Below, one piece after another: positions 48,096-57,128 of a DNA stretch of 64,000 bases (the stretch's first letter is position 1; each line of letters opens with the position of its first letter). This DNA is from a virus, in the IMG/VR virus record IMGVR_UViG_3300047095_000666, positions 33,886 through 97,885 of that record; one strand, 5' to 3'. The notes under the pieces are model-generated. The model made no database searches, had not been told where the DNA came from, and worked only from the letters and a program-made list of their open reading frames with translations. The translations under genes and the position numbers were made by a program.

Positions 48096-49256
48096 TTAAG
48101 CCCTTACCATACTTAGAAAAAGGATTTCAGTCATGTCCACGACGATGTTCTTGATCTCGTGGCCGCAGTTACGGCAGGTGCAGTCGGGCAGCTTGTACTC
48201 GACCTTATACTTCTCCAGCTTGTCCTTGACGGCCTTGTCCAGAGCCTTGCGATCTTCCGGAGGCATGTCGACGATGACGCGCAGCTTGTCCTCGACGGTC
48301 TCGACCTCGATGTACTCGACTTGGCCCTGAGACATCGCGTGGATGTGCGGGATGAACATGTCACCGACGTACTTCAGGTAGGTGAAGATCTCCGGCTCGT
48401 AGTTCTTGAAGGACTCGACGCGCTGCAGGGACTTCAGGTAGTCATGCAGGGTCGGAGTGACGATGTCCATCACCACCTTGGTGCGCGGCAGGACGATGCG
48501 ATCCTTCATGTTGACCACGGAGTGCTGAACCAGCTCGCTCGGATTGTAGTTCTTGCCGAGAACGTCTTGGATGTACGCTGCAGTTTCCTGCTCGTTCTTG
48601 GCCTGGATCAGCAGCTCCTTGGAGATGCGAGCCTTGTTCTCCGAGCTGCACTTCGGGCAGGTGACGTCGTAGTCGGTCTCGTTCGGGAACGTGGCGCAGT
48701 AGATGCCATAGATGAAGGTCTCGAAGTCGTTTTCCGAGGTGATCTTCAGCCAGTCCTCGAAGCGGATCTTGCCGACCGAGCTGTTGACCATGTGGTTGAA
48801 GACGAAGTTGAAGAGCTTCATGTTCTGCTCTTTCTCCGTGCCGGTGAACTTGCGCACCTTGATCATGTCGTCGTTGTTCATCGACTTGAAGGCGGCACGG
48901 TAGCCGGACTGCAGGGCGATGACGTCATACGACGGCTTCAGGAACAGAGCGTCGAGTTCTTGAAAGACGCCGAGGGGGTTGTTCACCTTGACGATCTTGA
49001 TCTTGTTCAGATCGATCTGGACGTTGCCGAGAATCTGGTCGCGAGCCGTGTCCTTGGAGACCGGCTGAGCTGCCTGTTGTTCTTCTTTTTGCTCGACGAC
49101 GAGCTCGTCCGAGTATGCAGCGACTTGCGGTGCGGCTTGCTCGGCGACGGGTTGCTCCGTGGTCTGAGCGACCGGCTGGTCCGTTCCCGGAACCTGTGCC
49201 GATTGGCTGTTCACCAGAGCCGTCAGCTCTTCCATCGAATTGATTTCCATTGCCAT
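48096..49256 (-). CDS. Baseplate hub/tail assembly chaperone (T4 gp26-like)
   Basis: YDVTCPKC and CTCRNCGH Zn motifs, PTLHD, acidic N-terminal extension; next to a gp25-like gene. Confidence 0.7.
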   Translation of the reverse strand: MAMEINSMEELTALVNSQSAQVPGTDQPVAQTTEQPVAEQAAPQVAAYSDELVVEQKEEQQAAQPVSKDTARDQILGNVQIDLNKIKIVKVNNPLGVFQELDALFLKPSYDVIALQSGYRAAFKSMNNDDMIKVRKFTGTEKEQNMKLFNFVFNHMVNSSVGKIRFEDWLKITSENDFETFIYGIYCATFPNETDYDVTCPKCSSENKARISKELLIQAKNEQETAAYIQDVLGKNYNPSELVQHSVVNMKDRIVLPRTKVVMDIVTPTLHDYLKSLQRVESFKNYEPEIFTYLKYVGDMFIPHIHAMSQGQVEYIEVETVEDKLRVIVDMPPEDRKALDKAVKDKLEKYKVEYKLPDCTCRNCGHEIKNIVVDMTEILFLSMVRA

Positions 49257-49304
49257 TGCGATTGCCCTTTCAGCGAAAATTTTTCATGTGGGTAATGGGA
49301 AAAA

Positions 49305-49317
49305 CTAAGTGACTGTT
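49305..49317 (-). promoter_or_regulatory. Late-type promoter motif AACA-GTCACT-TAG
   Basis: Heads the gp26-like/chaperonin unit. Confidence 0.65.
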
Positions 49318-49372
49318 TCAGTTCCTCGCGATATGCCCGTCTGCTCGCATACGAATTTTGTTCAGAGACACG

Positions 49373-49409
49373 AATTGTCCCTAAGCCACCAAGAGCTTAG
49401 GGACAATTT
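49373..49409 (-). terminator. Hairpin/terminator
   Basis: AATTGTCCCTAAGC-CACCAAGA-GCTTAGGGACAATT directly after the gp25-like stop. Confidence 0.6.
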
Positions 49410-49832
49410 TCAGAAGTAGAAGTCGGACTTCACTCCGCCTCCGGGGGTGTTCTTCCCGAAGGTGATAGCAAATGAGTCTTTCCCATCGACGACAGACCCT
49501 AGTTTGAAGAAGACAGCAAGAAACTTCTTACCGTCCTCCTTCGAGTCCAGTATCTTGATCTCAAAGTCGGAGACCTCCTTGTTCGGGAGGTACTTGGTGA
49601 CTTGGAAATTGATGCTGTCCTTCAGGTTCGACAGGGTGATGTCGTCTGCGAGTTCCCCGAGGTAAGTCCCAATGCCCACACCGGCATCGATCAGATTCGG
49701 GATGGTCCCCGGCTCCATGATGATGAGAGTCTGGAGACGCCTCGCTAGGGCGAAGAGCCCCGTGATGTTGTGAGACGAGCGGTAGGCGTCTGGGATGAAC
49801 GTCACCTCGTCTTTGCGAGCGTCCACTACCAT
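49410..49832 (-). CDS. Baseplate wedge gp25/gpW-like protein
   Basis: LQTLIIMEPGTIPNLIDAGVGIGTYLGE...I...VTKYLP. Confidence 0.7.
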   Translation of the reverse strand: MVVDARKDEVTFIPDAYRSSHNITGLFALARRLQTLIIMEPGTIPNLIDAGVGIGTYLGELADDITLSNLKDSINFQVTKYLPNKEVSDFEIKILDSKEDGKKFLAVFFKLGSVVDGKDSFAITFGKNTPGGGVKSDFYF

Positions 49833-49834
49833 GA

Positions 49835-50284
49835 TCAGGACTTATCGCTAATGTTGAAGGTCTCTCGCTCGCCCTTTTGCTCCGGATTCTTCTTGTTCTC
49901 CAGATGGGAAACGATATTGAAAGCCTGAGCCTTAGAGAGCAACACGTTGAGGATCTCGACGTGCTCTTCCATGTACTTGAGGTCGTTCTGAGCGACTTCG
50001 TCGTCCTTGTGCTCGTGAGCGTATTCTTTGCGCTTCTCAAGCTTCTCCTTGGCAGCTTTCAGCGCGTCCCGGATCCGCTCGATGACGTCGGTCTTCTCTT
50101 CGTGAGTGTCGATGTTGACGACGCGTTTGGCCAGATGGTCGATCTCCTTGACGGAGTACCCCTTGAGTTTGCGCGTCGCCCAGGAAATGAAGCTCTCGTA
50201 GGAGAACTCTTCGGAGAGCATGATTTCTTTAGCCTGGGATTCAAGCACTTTGGCTTCGTCCAGAATGATTGTCTTTTCGAACAT
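49835..50284 (-). CDS. Hypothetical helical protein
   Basis: 149 aa, AAGGAA RBS. Confidence 0.7.
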   Translation of the reverse strand: MFEKTIILDEAKVLESQAKEIMLSEEFSYESFISWATRKLKGYSVKEIDHLAKRVVNIDTHEEKTDVIERIRDALKAAKEKLEKRKEYAHEHKDDEVAQNDLKYMEEHVEILNVLLSKAQAFNIVSHLENKKNPEQKGERETFNISDKS

Positions 50285-50293
50285 GTCGGTTCC

Positions 50294-50791
50294 TTAAGGA
50301 ATAGTGACCACCCGTAGCGTAGCAACTAGATGATCATTCGGAATCAGGTTGGCGTTCTTGTCGACGTTGGTGATGTCCACCGAGGAAAGCTGTCTTCGAT
50401 TGATGTCGATCAGACCTCCGTTCACTAGGCGGAACCCCTTCTCGTAGAGTTCATCGGGAATATCGAGGAACGCCATGATGTTTGGGTCGGAGCTTCGAAC
50501 CCTTTCAAGAGTAGGAATGCTGAAGATCTCCCCTCTGGTGACGACGTACTTGCCAAACATCGTCTTCCACACACTGACCGAGAAGTTGGTGTGGATCATG
50601 AGGTCTCGCTTGGCATGCACGTCGTTCTTCCACTCCAAGAAGTTACCTTGGAACATGCGATCTTTCATTTGCTGGTCGAGATCGATCACGCCCTTTGTGT
50701 CCATCCCCTCGAAGATTTTCTCGTCGAGATCGAACGTCAGGATTTCTTTTTGGAATAGGTCGAAAATCTCCGGGTAGCTCAGAAATCTCAT
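50294..50791 (-). CDS. Hypothetical protein
   Basis: 165 aa, AAAGGA RBS. Confidence 0.7.
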   Translation of the reverse strand: MRFLSYPEIFDLFQKEILTFDLDEKIFEGMDTKGVIDLDQQMKDRMFQGNFLEWKNDVHAKRDLMIHTNFSVSVWKTMFGKYVVTRGEIFSIPTLERVRSSDPNIMAFLDIPDELYEKGFRLVNGGLIDINRRQLSSVDITNVDKNANLIPNDHLVATLRVVTIP

Positions 50792-50809
50792 CTTGCTTTG
50801 TCCTTTTAG

Positions 50810-51523
50810 TTATGCGGAGAGCACCTTGTCTTTGAAGTAGACGTTGAAAGGAGAGTACAGCTTGTCGTTCACCTGAACGAAGTCGAAGCCCTCGGCGACA
50901 GCGGCGTCTGCCTTCAGCTTTTCTTTGTACTCGTCTCTCTTTTGGTAATGCTCGTTGCCGCCTTTAATCTCTATGATGAGGTTGAGCGAGGGGATGTAGA
51001 AGTCAGGCAGGTAGAACCTCGTCTTCTCTCCATCCTTGTAGTAGATGGTGGGGGGCTGAGTCAGGTATTCGGACTTGAATCCGTACACCGTCTCGATGAA
51101 GTGCAGGAAGTGCTGCTCGTAGAGCCCCGTGATCTCGGTCGTCGAGCCATCCAGCCAAGTGTAGACTTGACCTATGCTCCTCCCGGCCAGCATCTTCTGC
51201 TGGTGCTCCGGGTCGTCGGTCAGGGCGGTCTTGCCGTACTTCTGCATCATCCGGGCCTTGAACTCCTCCCGGTACTGCTTCCGCTCCGCCTCATCAGCGA
51301 ACCGCTCGTACCTCTCGGTGACGGGGTTCCACGCAGTGGGCTTCCCAGAGATAACGCTCTTGCCCTGTGTCTTGCCGTACTTGACGAAGAACCAGAAGCG
51401 GGCAGGATCGTCCCAGCCCAGGTTCTTTATCTCAGTACTCTTGTTTTGTTCGATGTACGAGTAGAGCGCCTGCTTGTTAGGGAAGCTCTTACCCTCGTAC
51501 CTGATTGATTTTCCAATAGCCAT
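50810..51523 (-). CDS. PD-(D/E)XK nuclease (TnsA-N / T4 gp4 head-completion-like)
   Basis: YEQHF...IYY...RFYLPDFYIPSLNLIIEIKG; late motif upstream. Confidence 0.75.
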   Translation of the reverse strand: MAIGKSIRYEGKSFPNKQALYSYIEQNKSTEIKNLGWDDPARFWFFVKYGKTQGKSVISGKPTAWNPVTERYERFADEAERKQYREEFKARMMQKYGKTALTDDPEHQQKMLAGRSIGQVYTWLDGSTTEITGLYEQHFLHFIETVYGFKSEYLTQPPTIYYKDGEKTRFYLPDFYIPSLNLIIEIKGGNEHYQKRDEYKEKLKADAAVAEGFDFVQVNDKLYSPFNVYFKDKVLSA

Positions 51524-51573
51524 TGTCTTCTCTCAAGAAAACTGTCCTATGAAACCTTGGACGAATTTCGTTA

Positions 51574-51586
51574 CTACTACTTTGTT
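51574..51586 (-). promoter_or_regulatory. Late-type promoter motif AACA-AAGTAG-TAG
   Basis: AACW-N6-TA family. Confidence 0.6.
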
Positions 51587-51603
51587 ATGATAAATAATAA
51601 AAA

Positions 51604-51615
51604 AACATAAGAATA
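51604..51615 (+). promoter_or_regulatory. Late-type promoter motif AACA-TAAGAA-TA
   Basis: Divergent partner; heads the spanin/baseplate unit; AT-rich context raises the chance of a random match. Confidence 0.5.
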
Positions 51616-51654
51616 ACACAAGGATTTTCATGCAATCCTTATCCATTTGATATT

Positions 51655-52110
51655 TTGAGGAAGAGAATTATGATTACGATGCTGATGAAAAACTGGCGCA
51701 TGCTGATTGGTGTGGTCCTGATTCTCCTGATCGGCTTTCTGCTGTACATGTGGAAGAGCACCGAGAGCGAGATGAGAGTCAAGGTCGCCGACATGAACGC
51801 CACCATCACGACCATGCAGTCCACGATTGATCACAACAGAGACGAGCTCCGGAAGTTGGAGCAAATCAATACTGATCTCAAGAAATCGCTAGACGCCAAG
51901 GTCGCCAACCAGACGATAAATCAGACCGCTGTGAAGGCGGTGAGTAAGAAAACTAGCAAGACGAAGCAAGCTGCGACCAAGATCGATACGTTCATAGATC
52001 ACAACGTTCCGGCTGACCGCACTGTGTCCGAAGAGAGCGCAAAGGCACTCTGGATGCTCGTCACTGAAATCGAACCAATGATCGACTCCAACGAAGGAGA
52101 AGCAAAATGA
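51655..52110 (+). CDS. Putative i-spanin (Rz-like)
   Basis: Single N-terminal TM helix then a long coiled coil; true start probably 51670. Confidence 0.68.
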   Translation: MRKRIMITMLMKNWRMLIGVVLILLIGFLLYMWKSTESEMRVKVADMNATITTMQSTIDHNRDELRKLEQINTDLKKSLDAKVANQTINQTAVKAVSKKTSKTKQAATKIDTFIDHNVPADRTVSEESAKALWMLVTEIEPMIDSNEGEAK

Positions 52111-52454
52111 ATTTTACGAAGGTTATCCTCTGTGGTCTGATGGCATCTTCACTAGTTGGTTGCGCCTACAACCAACCGAAGGACTCCGGGAAGATTGACG
52201 TAAACGTGACGGCGACCAAGGTGGAGCTGTCAGAGATTAGCTCGGAACTGCTGAACAAGTGTGAGAAGCCCCAGAAGATCAGCGAGACCGTTCCCGGAAT
52301 CAAATCCGGGAAGGTACTTGAGAAGGACGTGATCGCGGCCCTCGTGCGCTCGTACACCAACGAGGTGAACTGCTACCTCGTAAAGGAAGAGGCTCTTCGC
52401 GTACAGTCGAAGATGCGAGACGAAGTCAACAAGGCAAACGGAAATGTCAACTAA
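52107..52454 (+). CDS. Putative o-spanin lipoprotein (Rz1-like)
   Basis: Lipobox LVGC, further Cys residues (LLNKC, VNC), ATGA overlap with the i-spanin candidate. Confidence 0.7.
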   Translation: MNFTKVILCGLMASSLVGCAYNQPKDSGKIDVNVTATKVELSEISSELLNKCEKPQKISETVPGIKSGKVLEKDVIAALVRSYTNEVNCYLVKEEALRVQSKMRDEVNKANGNVN

Positions 52455-55400
52455 CTCCAGCATCGAGGCTCTGACTCGGCGCGAGGTGAACGACTTGATG
52501 GAGCACTGTCGAAAGATCGTGGTCAAGGACCAAGATACCGCAGACGCTCTTGAGACGTCCGAGAGCATGATCGAGGCGACGAGGTACCTTGAAGTCTACT
52601 ACAAGGTGGACAAGTACCCGTACCACGATATCGTGCGCTCTGCAATCACCAGCATCCTCACGGATGCCACTGCCACCGGAACCGAGGTGTCGGCGGAGCA
52701 AGTCAGAAGCATCATCTCAAACGACCAGAACTTGGATACTGCATCCAAGAGCGAGTCCATCCAGATCACGTACTCCCTGCAGTTCCCGTCTGGAAGCATC
52801 ACTATCGACGTCGTAGACAAGAACGTTGAGAACATCCGTCAGTATTACCTCGATAACTACGTCGATCGGAACTCGTACTACCGCAGCCTGCAGCAGCTTG
52901 GCATCCCGGCTTGGAAGAGCCGTCTTGCCGAGGACTTCGAGATCATCCAAGAGCCTAGCGTCATTGGCAACGCGTTACTGAGGTCTTTCGGTCCAGCCTA
53001 CTCCAAATCGAGAAAGTACTTCACAACGGTCATGTACACTAAGGCGTTCGCCAAGGACATGGTCGGTACCGTCAACTACGAAACGGTGAACTACTACAAG
53101 GCTTACTGCAAGATTACGATCTGTCTGATGACGATCGTCGATCTGCTGAACAACCGGCTCCAGTTCCCGCTAGACATCAGCTACATCGACGAGTACTCGA
53201 TGAACCAGCTGCTGTACTCCTTCGGCTTCACGGAATTCACCAAGTTCCCTCTGTACTACCGCAAGGCTATCGCGCTGAAAATCAACACTCTGATTCGCCA
53301 CAAGGGCACCGATCAGGTGTTCATCGACATCTTGGACATCTTCGACTTCCAAGGCGTCAATATCATCAAGTACTACCTAACCAAGCACGAGACGTCAAAC
53401 GAGAAGAAGACGTTAGACGCGATCGAGGTAGCGCCGAAGTTCGTCGGGCACAGCGTTCGTATCAACTCTCTGCAGGAAGCCATCAAACGCGAATCGACGC
53501 GTGAGTACGGCTTCGACAATATGGTTCAAAACGATCCGTATTGGGAGGCTTCGAAAGAAGAAGTCACTGCGCAGCATTTCGATTTCCTTCCGACGAAGTA
53601 CTTTTCCATCGAGGGCGACTTCCAGATGTGGAAGGAGGTGATGAACATCTCCTACTTCGTCAGCATGATTCGGAAGCTTAAACGAGATCACTCGCTCCGG
53701 GCACATCTCTCGCTGCACGCTTCGGAGATCTCCAAGGGCGAGGTGTTCATCGACGAGCTGATCCTGGCTGCGCAGATTCTCGTTTGCGATTTCTACAAGA
53801 TCGAAGATATCATCCATTTCGATCAAGAGTCGGTCTACAAGATCTACTCCTTCAACGACAAAGATGATAGCCCGTTGAACACCAGCCTCTTCGGGCAGGA
53901 CGTTCTGACGAAGAACTCGTATGCTAACACCTCATACGTCCTCGAAACGGTGTCCGACTACCCGACGATCGAGCGAGACGAACTCTTCACGATCTACAAT
54001 CACGACATCCAAGTCTACAATAACTTCCTAGCGTTCCAGAAGATCCGAGACGCTAGCGGCGCTATTGTCATGACGTACCAGAACTTCAAGAAGTACAAGG
54101 CTCTCTACGAGTCGAAGTTTCTGGCAAACTACAACCTGAGCGAGTACAGAGGGTTCTCCAAGTACAGCGAATACCTCCAGTTCAAATGCAACGCAGACCT
54201 CTACAGCTACGTCGATGAGGCGATGTTGACGGACGATCAGGACATTAAGCGGCAAAAGATTACCTACATCCTCTCCGCTCTGAAGGAATATGCTTACACG
54301 CTGAACATTCCTTTCGACAGGATGATGTCCGACCTGATCATCGAGTACATCATGAAGACGGTCAATGTCTTTAAGGCATACACCGTCACCATGAAGGACT
54401 TCCGGATCATCTACCGCTGGGACGAGGGGAACTTCCTGCACCTCTTCGACAGCGAGACGAAGCATGCGAAGTTCGTCTGGGATAGTCACGTTCGCAATAA
54501 AAACCCTCAGAAAATCATCCTCAGCATGGGGACGGTGACGAACAGCACCTACCAAGAACCGCTTCCTAACGACATGCTTTTCAGTGACAGCGTCAATCGC
54601 TTTCAGAAGAAAGACGTGTATGCTGACAGATATCGGTACAAGGAGAGGTACACTTTCCACGGGTTCTTCAACTGGAGAGACAGACTCCTCTACAGAGACA
54701 AATCGACGTTCAAGGGGAGATTCTCTTGGAGCGATCTGCTGAACTTTGGAGACAATCTCTTCGAACGAGCAAAGTACTCCCTCAGCGACAAGCAGAAGTT
54801 CAAGGACCGGATCAACTACGACACGGCTCCCGGAGTGGACTACTGGTACCGTGACAGATGCAAGCTAGTTGATGTCAGCGTGCAGAAGTCAAAATTCGCC
54901 AACAAAGACACGGCCAACTTTGGGGACAACTCCATGTGGAATGTGCGCTATAAGGTGAATGAGGCCACAAAGCTTCATGACTTCTCGATGTTTGCGTCCA
55001 GAATCAAGAAGTCCGACAAGGGCAACCTCCACGACGGGTACTACATGTGGTTCCCTCTGATGGTGATGCCGGTCAGCGACTCGATGATAGCTAATGACAC
55101 CGTGCGGTCGATGGCGGCTCGCAGGTCTATCGTTCAGCAAAGACACCACTTCGCCGACAGGCTTTCTCCGGGTGTCTCCTCCCAGACGAGAGTCGATCAC
55201 ACTTTCTCGTTCAAAGCCGACTCCACCGTCTTGAAGACGCTGCTCCCTTCAGCAGATACTTTGAGCTTCGGAGACTCGCAGCTACAGCGGCAGAAATCCT
55301 CCGCCAAAGATCGTATGCGGGCTTTCGATCGTCTTGATCTTGAGCTAGTGCCTGGATCTACTGCAGCCTGCGGAATCCTGAAGGATACGATGTCCTTCAA

Positions 55401-55719
55401 GAACGACAAAGCTGTCAGAACGAGTAAGATGAACCCGGTGGAAACTGTTCTCTTCGGCGACAACCAGTCCTTCGGTACCAGAAGAAATGCGGCTGATAAA
55501 TTTCATGCTCTAGACAGAATCTTTATCAGCTTCTCAGAAGCAAAACACCTGACCATGTCATCCCAGCCTCAAAAGCTGACCGACGCGACCAAGTCAAGAG
55601 GCAATAAAACGCTGGAGGAAACGGTATCCTTTAGCGAAAACTTGACAGGAAAGTCGTCCGTGGCCAACCATGATCGGAGAGCCATTTTCGATCGTTTCGT
55701 CATAACTGTGCACCAATAA
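52444..55719 (+). CDS. Large baseplate wedge-like structural protein (1091 aa)
   Basis: LIRHKGTDQVFIDILDIF (wedge-type KGT motif), FKAYTV, C-terminal periodic D-x3-F-x-D repeats. Confidence 0.72.
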   Translation: MSTNSSIEALTRREVNDLMEHCRKIVVKDQDTADALETSESMIEATRYLEVYYKVDKYPYHDIVRSAITSILTDATATGTEVSAEQVRSIISNDQNLDTASKSESIQITYSLQFPSGSITIDVVDKNVENIRQYYLDNYVDRNSYYRSLQQLGIPAWKSRLAEDFEIIQEPSVIGNALLRSFGPAYSKSRKYFTTVMYTKAFAKDMVGTVNYETVNYYKAYCKITICLMTIVDLLNNRLQFPLDISYIDEYSMNQLLYSFGFTEFTKFPLYYRKAIALKINTLIRHKGTDQVFIDILDIFDFQGVNIIKYYLTKHETSNEKKTLDAIEVAPKFVGHSVRINSLQEAIKRESTREYGFDNMVQNDPYWEASKEEVTAQHFDFLPTKYFSIEGDFQMWKEVMNISYFVSMIRKLKRDHSLRAHLSLHASEISKGEVFIDELILAAQILVCDFYKIEDIIHFDQESVYKIYSFNDKDDSPLNTSLFGQDVLTKNSYANTSYVLETVSDYPTIERDELFTIYNHDIQVYNNFLAFQKIRDASGAIVMTYQNFKKYKALYESKFLANYNLSEYRGFSKYSEYLQFKCNADLYSYVDEAMLTDDQDIKRQKITYILSALKEYAYTLNIPFDRMMSDLIIEYIMKTVNVFKAYTVTMKDFRIIYRWDEGNFLHLFDSETKHAKFVWDSHVRNKNPQKIILSMGTVTNSTYQEPLPNDMLFSDSVNRFQKKDVYADRYRYKERYTFHGFFNWRDRLLYRDKSTFKGRFSWSDLLNFGDNLFERAKYSLSDKQKFKDRINYDTAPGVDYWYRDRCKLVDVSVQKSKFANKDTANFGDNSMWNVRYKVNEATKLHDFSMFASRIKKSDKGNLHDGYYMWFPLMVMPVSDSMIANDTVRSMAARRSIVQQRHHFADRLSPGVSSQTRVDHTFSFKADSTVLKTLLPSADTLSFGDSQLQRQKSSAKDRMRAFDRLDLELVPGSTAACGILKDTMSFKNDKAVRTSKMNPVETVLFGDNQSFGTRRNAADKFHALDRIFISFSEAKHLTMSSQPQKLTDATKSRGNKTLEETVSFSENLTGKSSVANHDRRAIFDRFVITVHQ

Positions 55720-55730
55720 CAGGTGTTTAG
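55718..55730 (+). promoter_or_regulatory. Late-type promoter motif AACA-GGTGTT-TAG
   Basis: Overlaps the upstream stop codon. Confidence 0.65.
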
Positions 55731-55764
55731 TTACCTTCCAATTCTGTCTCAGGAAAAAGAAATC

Positions 55765-56481
55765 ATGAGCGATATCAAGTATCTCAACTTCGAAGAGCAG
55801 CTGCTTTTCAAAGACAACAAGGTCGATGGCCGTTCCGAACCCCGCCTCGGCGGCTTCGTCGTGGTCAAGGACGCCGAGTCCGGCAAGATCCTGATGGCCA
55901 AGAAGAACCTCGTCGTCCGTCGCGGTCGCGAGATGACCCTGCGCCAGATCTTCCGCATCCCCGGCTCCGTCACCGGCGAAACCGAAGCAACCCTGAAGGA
56001 CAAGAGCATCCTCCTGTTCGGCATTGGCTCTGGCGGCGCACCGAACAACGATCCGTTCAACCCGTTCGCTCCGACCCCGGCTGACACCGACCTCAGCGCG
56101 GCCTTCCCCTTCCGCGTGAGCTCCGCTGCCAGCCCCATCCCGACCGCAGAAGCTGGTCTGTTCACCGACAGCCGCGCTGGCACTGGCGGCACGACCGAGT
56201 GGTACAAGAAGACCTTCACCAACGGCCACGGCGAGATCACTGTCAACCCGGCGACCGACGAGACCTTCGTGAAGCTGGCCCTCCAGATCACCAAGGATGA
56301 CTCTCGCGACCGCTTCGTGAACGAGTTGGCCCTGTACTGGGCGAAGTACAACGCCTCCGGTGCCGACCAGAACGCCAAGTACTCCGAGTACACGATGTTC
56401 TCCCGCATCACCTTCCTTACCGAGCCGCTGCCTTCGAACACGAACAAAGCCTTGGACATAGACTATTACGTTTACCTGTAA
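55765..56481 (+). CDS. Baseplate/tail-fibre attachment protein
   Basis: Start at MSDIKY; KNLVVRRGRE, FGIGSGG, VNELALY, MFSRITF, IDYYVY. Confidence 0.75.
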   Translation: MSDIKYLNFEEQLLFKDNKVDGRSEPRLGGFVVVKDAESGKILMAKKNLVVRRGREMTLRQIFRIPGSVTGETEATLKDKSILLFGIGSGGAPNNDPFNPFAPTPADTDLSAAFPFRVSSAASPIPTAEAGLFTDSRAGTGGTTEWYKKTFTNGHGEITVNPATDETFVKLALQITKDDSRDRFVNELALYWAKYNASGADQNAKYSEYTMFSRITFLTEPLPSNTNKALDIDYYVYL

Positions 56482-56497
56482 GACGTGCGGGCGTAAG

Positions 56498-56530
56498 AAT
56501 TCCTCCTACCGTTTGGTAGGAGGAATTTTT
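56498..56530 (+). terminator. Intrinsic terminator overlapping the next RBS
   Basis: AATTCCTCCTACC-GTTT-GGTAGGAGGAATT then TTT. Confidence 0.7.
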
Positions 56531-56531
56531 C

Positions 56532-56726
56532 ATGGAGAACCAAATGGCAGTCAGAGAGTTGGTGGAATTCTTCTTGAACGAAGAGCCGAACGATCCAAAG
56601 AGAAAAGAACTCGAACCCGGTCTCACGAGAGATGAGGCAATCAAGAAATTCCCTTGGAGGCCGTCTATGGGCGACTGCCGGGGGTTTAGCTATGACGAGA
56701 AGACCGGCATAGCCACATGGATGTAA
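56532..56726 (+). CDS. Small hypothetical protein
   Basis: 64 aa, AGGAGG RBS. Confidence 0.6.
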   Translation: MENQMAVRELVEFFLNEEPNDPKRKELEPGLTRDEAIKKFPWRPSMGDCRGFSYDEKTGIATWM

Positions 56727-56731
56727 GAAAT

Positions 56732-56760
56732 CCCCTATCCTTCCGGATAGGGGCTTCTTC
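56732..56760. terminator. Bidirectional terminator
   Basis: CCCCTATCC-TTCC-GGATAGGGG between convergent genes. Confidence 0.65.
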
Positions 56761-56937
56761 TTACCACCACTTCCAGCGGCGGTAGATTGCTCTGAGCCTG
56801 ATGAAGTAGACGGACGACGCGATGAGGATGACTCCGTAGACTTTGTCCAAGTGAGGAATGTCGAAGAAAATTCCGACACACCCCAAGATGAAGTAGACAA
56901 CTGGAATCAGCTCGTATACTGGTCTTGGCAGAAACAT
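56761..56937 (-). CDS. Small 2-TM membrane protein (58 aa), not in the ORF track
   Basis: MFLPRPVYELIPVVYFILGCVGIFFDIPHLDKVYGVILIASSVYFIRLRAIYRRWKWW; AAAGGA RBS. Confidence 0.72.
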   Translation of the reverse strand: MFLPRPVYELIPVVYFILGCVGIFFDIPHLDKVYGVILIASSVYFIRLRAIYRRWKWW

Positions 56938-56951
56938 GACGGATCCTTTCG

Positions 56952-57128
56952 TCAGATCTCATTCTTCCTGCGACGATACTCACGTCGCATTTGAATGATG
57001 TGGATTGCAGACAACATGAGGAGCCCGCCGCAGATCTTGGCGACCGCCCCGCTAGTTGATATCCCGGCAAAGCTCATGACTAGGTAAATGTACGGCAAGA
57101 GCTCGTACAACCACTTTGGGAGATGCAT
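56952..57128 (-). CDS. Small 2-TM membrane protein (58 aa), paralog of 56761-56937
   Basis: MHLPKWLYELLPYIYLVMSFAGISTSGAVAKICGGLLMLSAIHIIQMRREYRRRKNEI; TGATG coupling to the RNAP gene. Confidence 0.72.
   Translation of the reverse strand: MHLPKWLYELLPYIYLVMSFAGISTSGAVAKICGGLLMLSAIHIIQMRREYRRRKNEI

Noticed and set aside
23108-49832. Type VI secretion system or eCIS (VgrG-like, PAAR, gp25-like)
   Set aside because: The genes are dispersed among phage RNAP and replication genes; no membrane complex or ClpV; consistent with a myophage baseplate.
50810-51523. Tn7-like transposon (TnsA-like nuclease)
   Set aside because: No TnsB/TnsC or terminal repeats; native codon usage and a late motif favour a head-completion-type nuclease.
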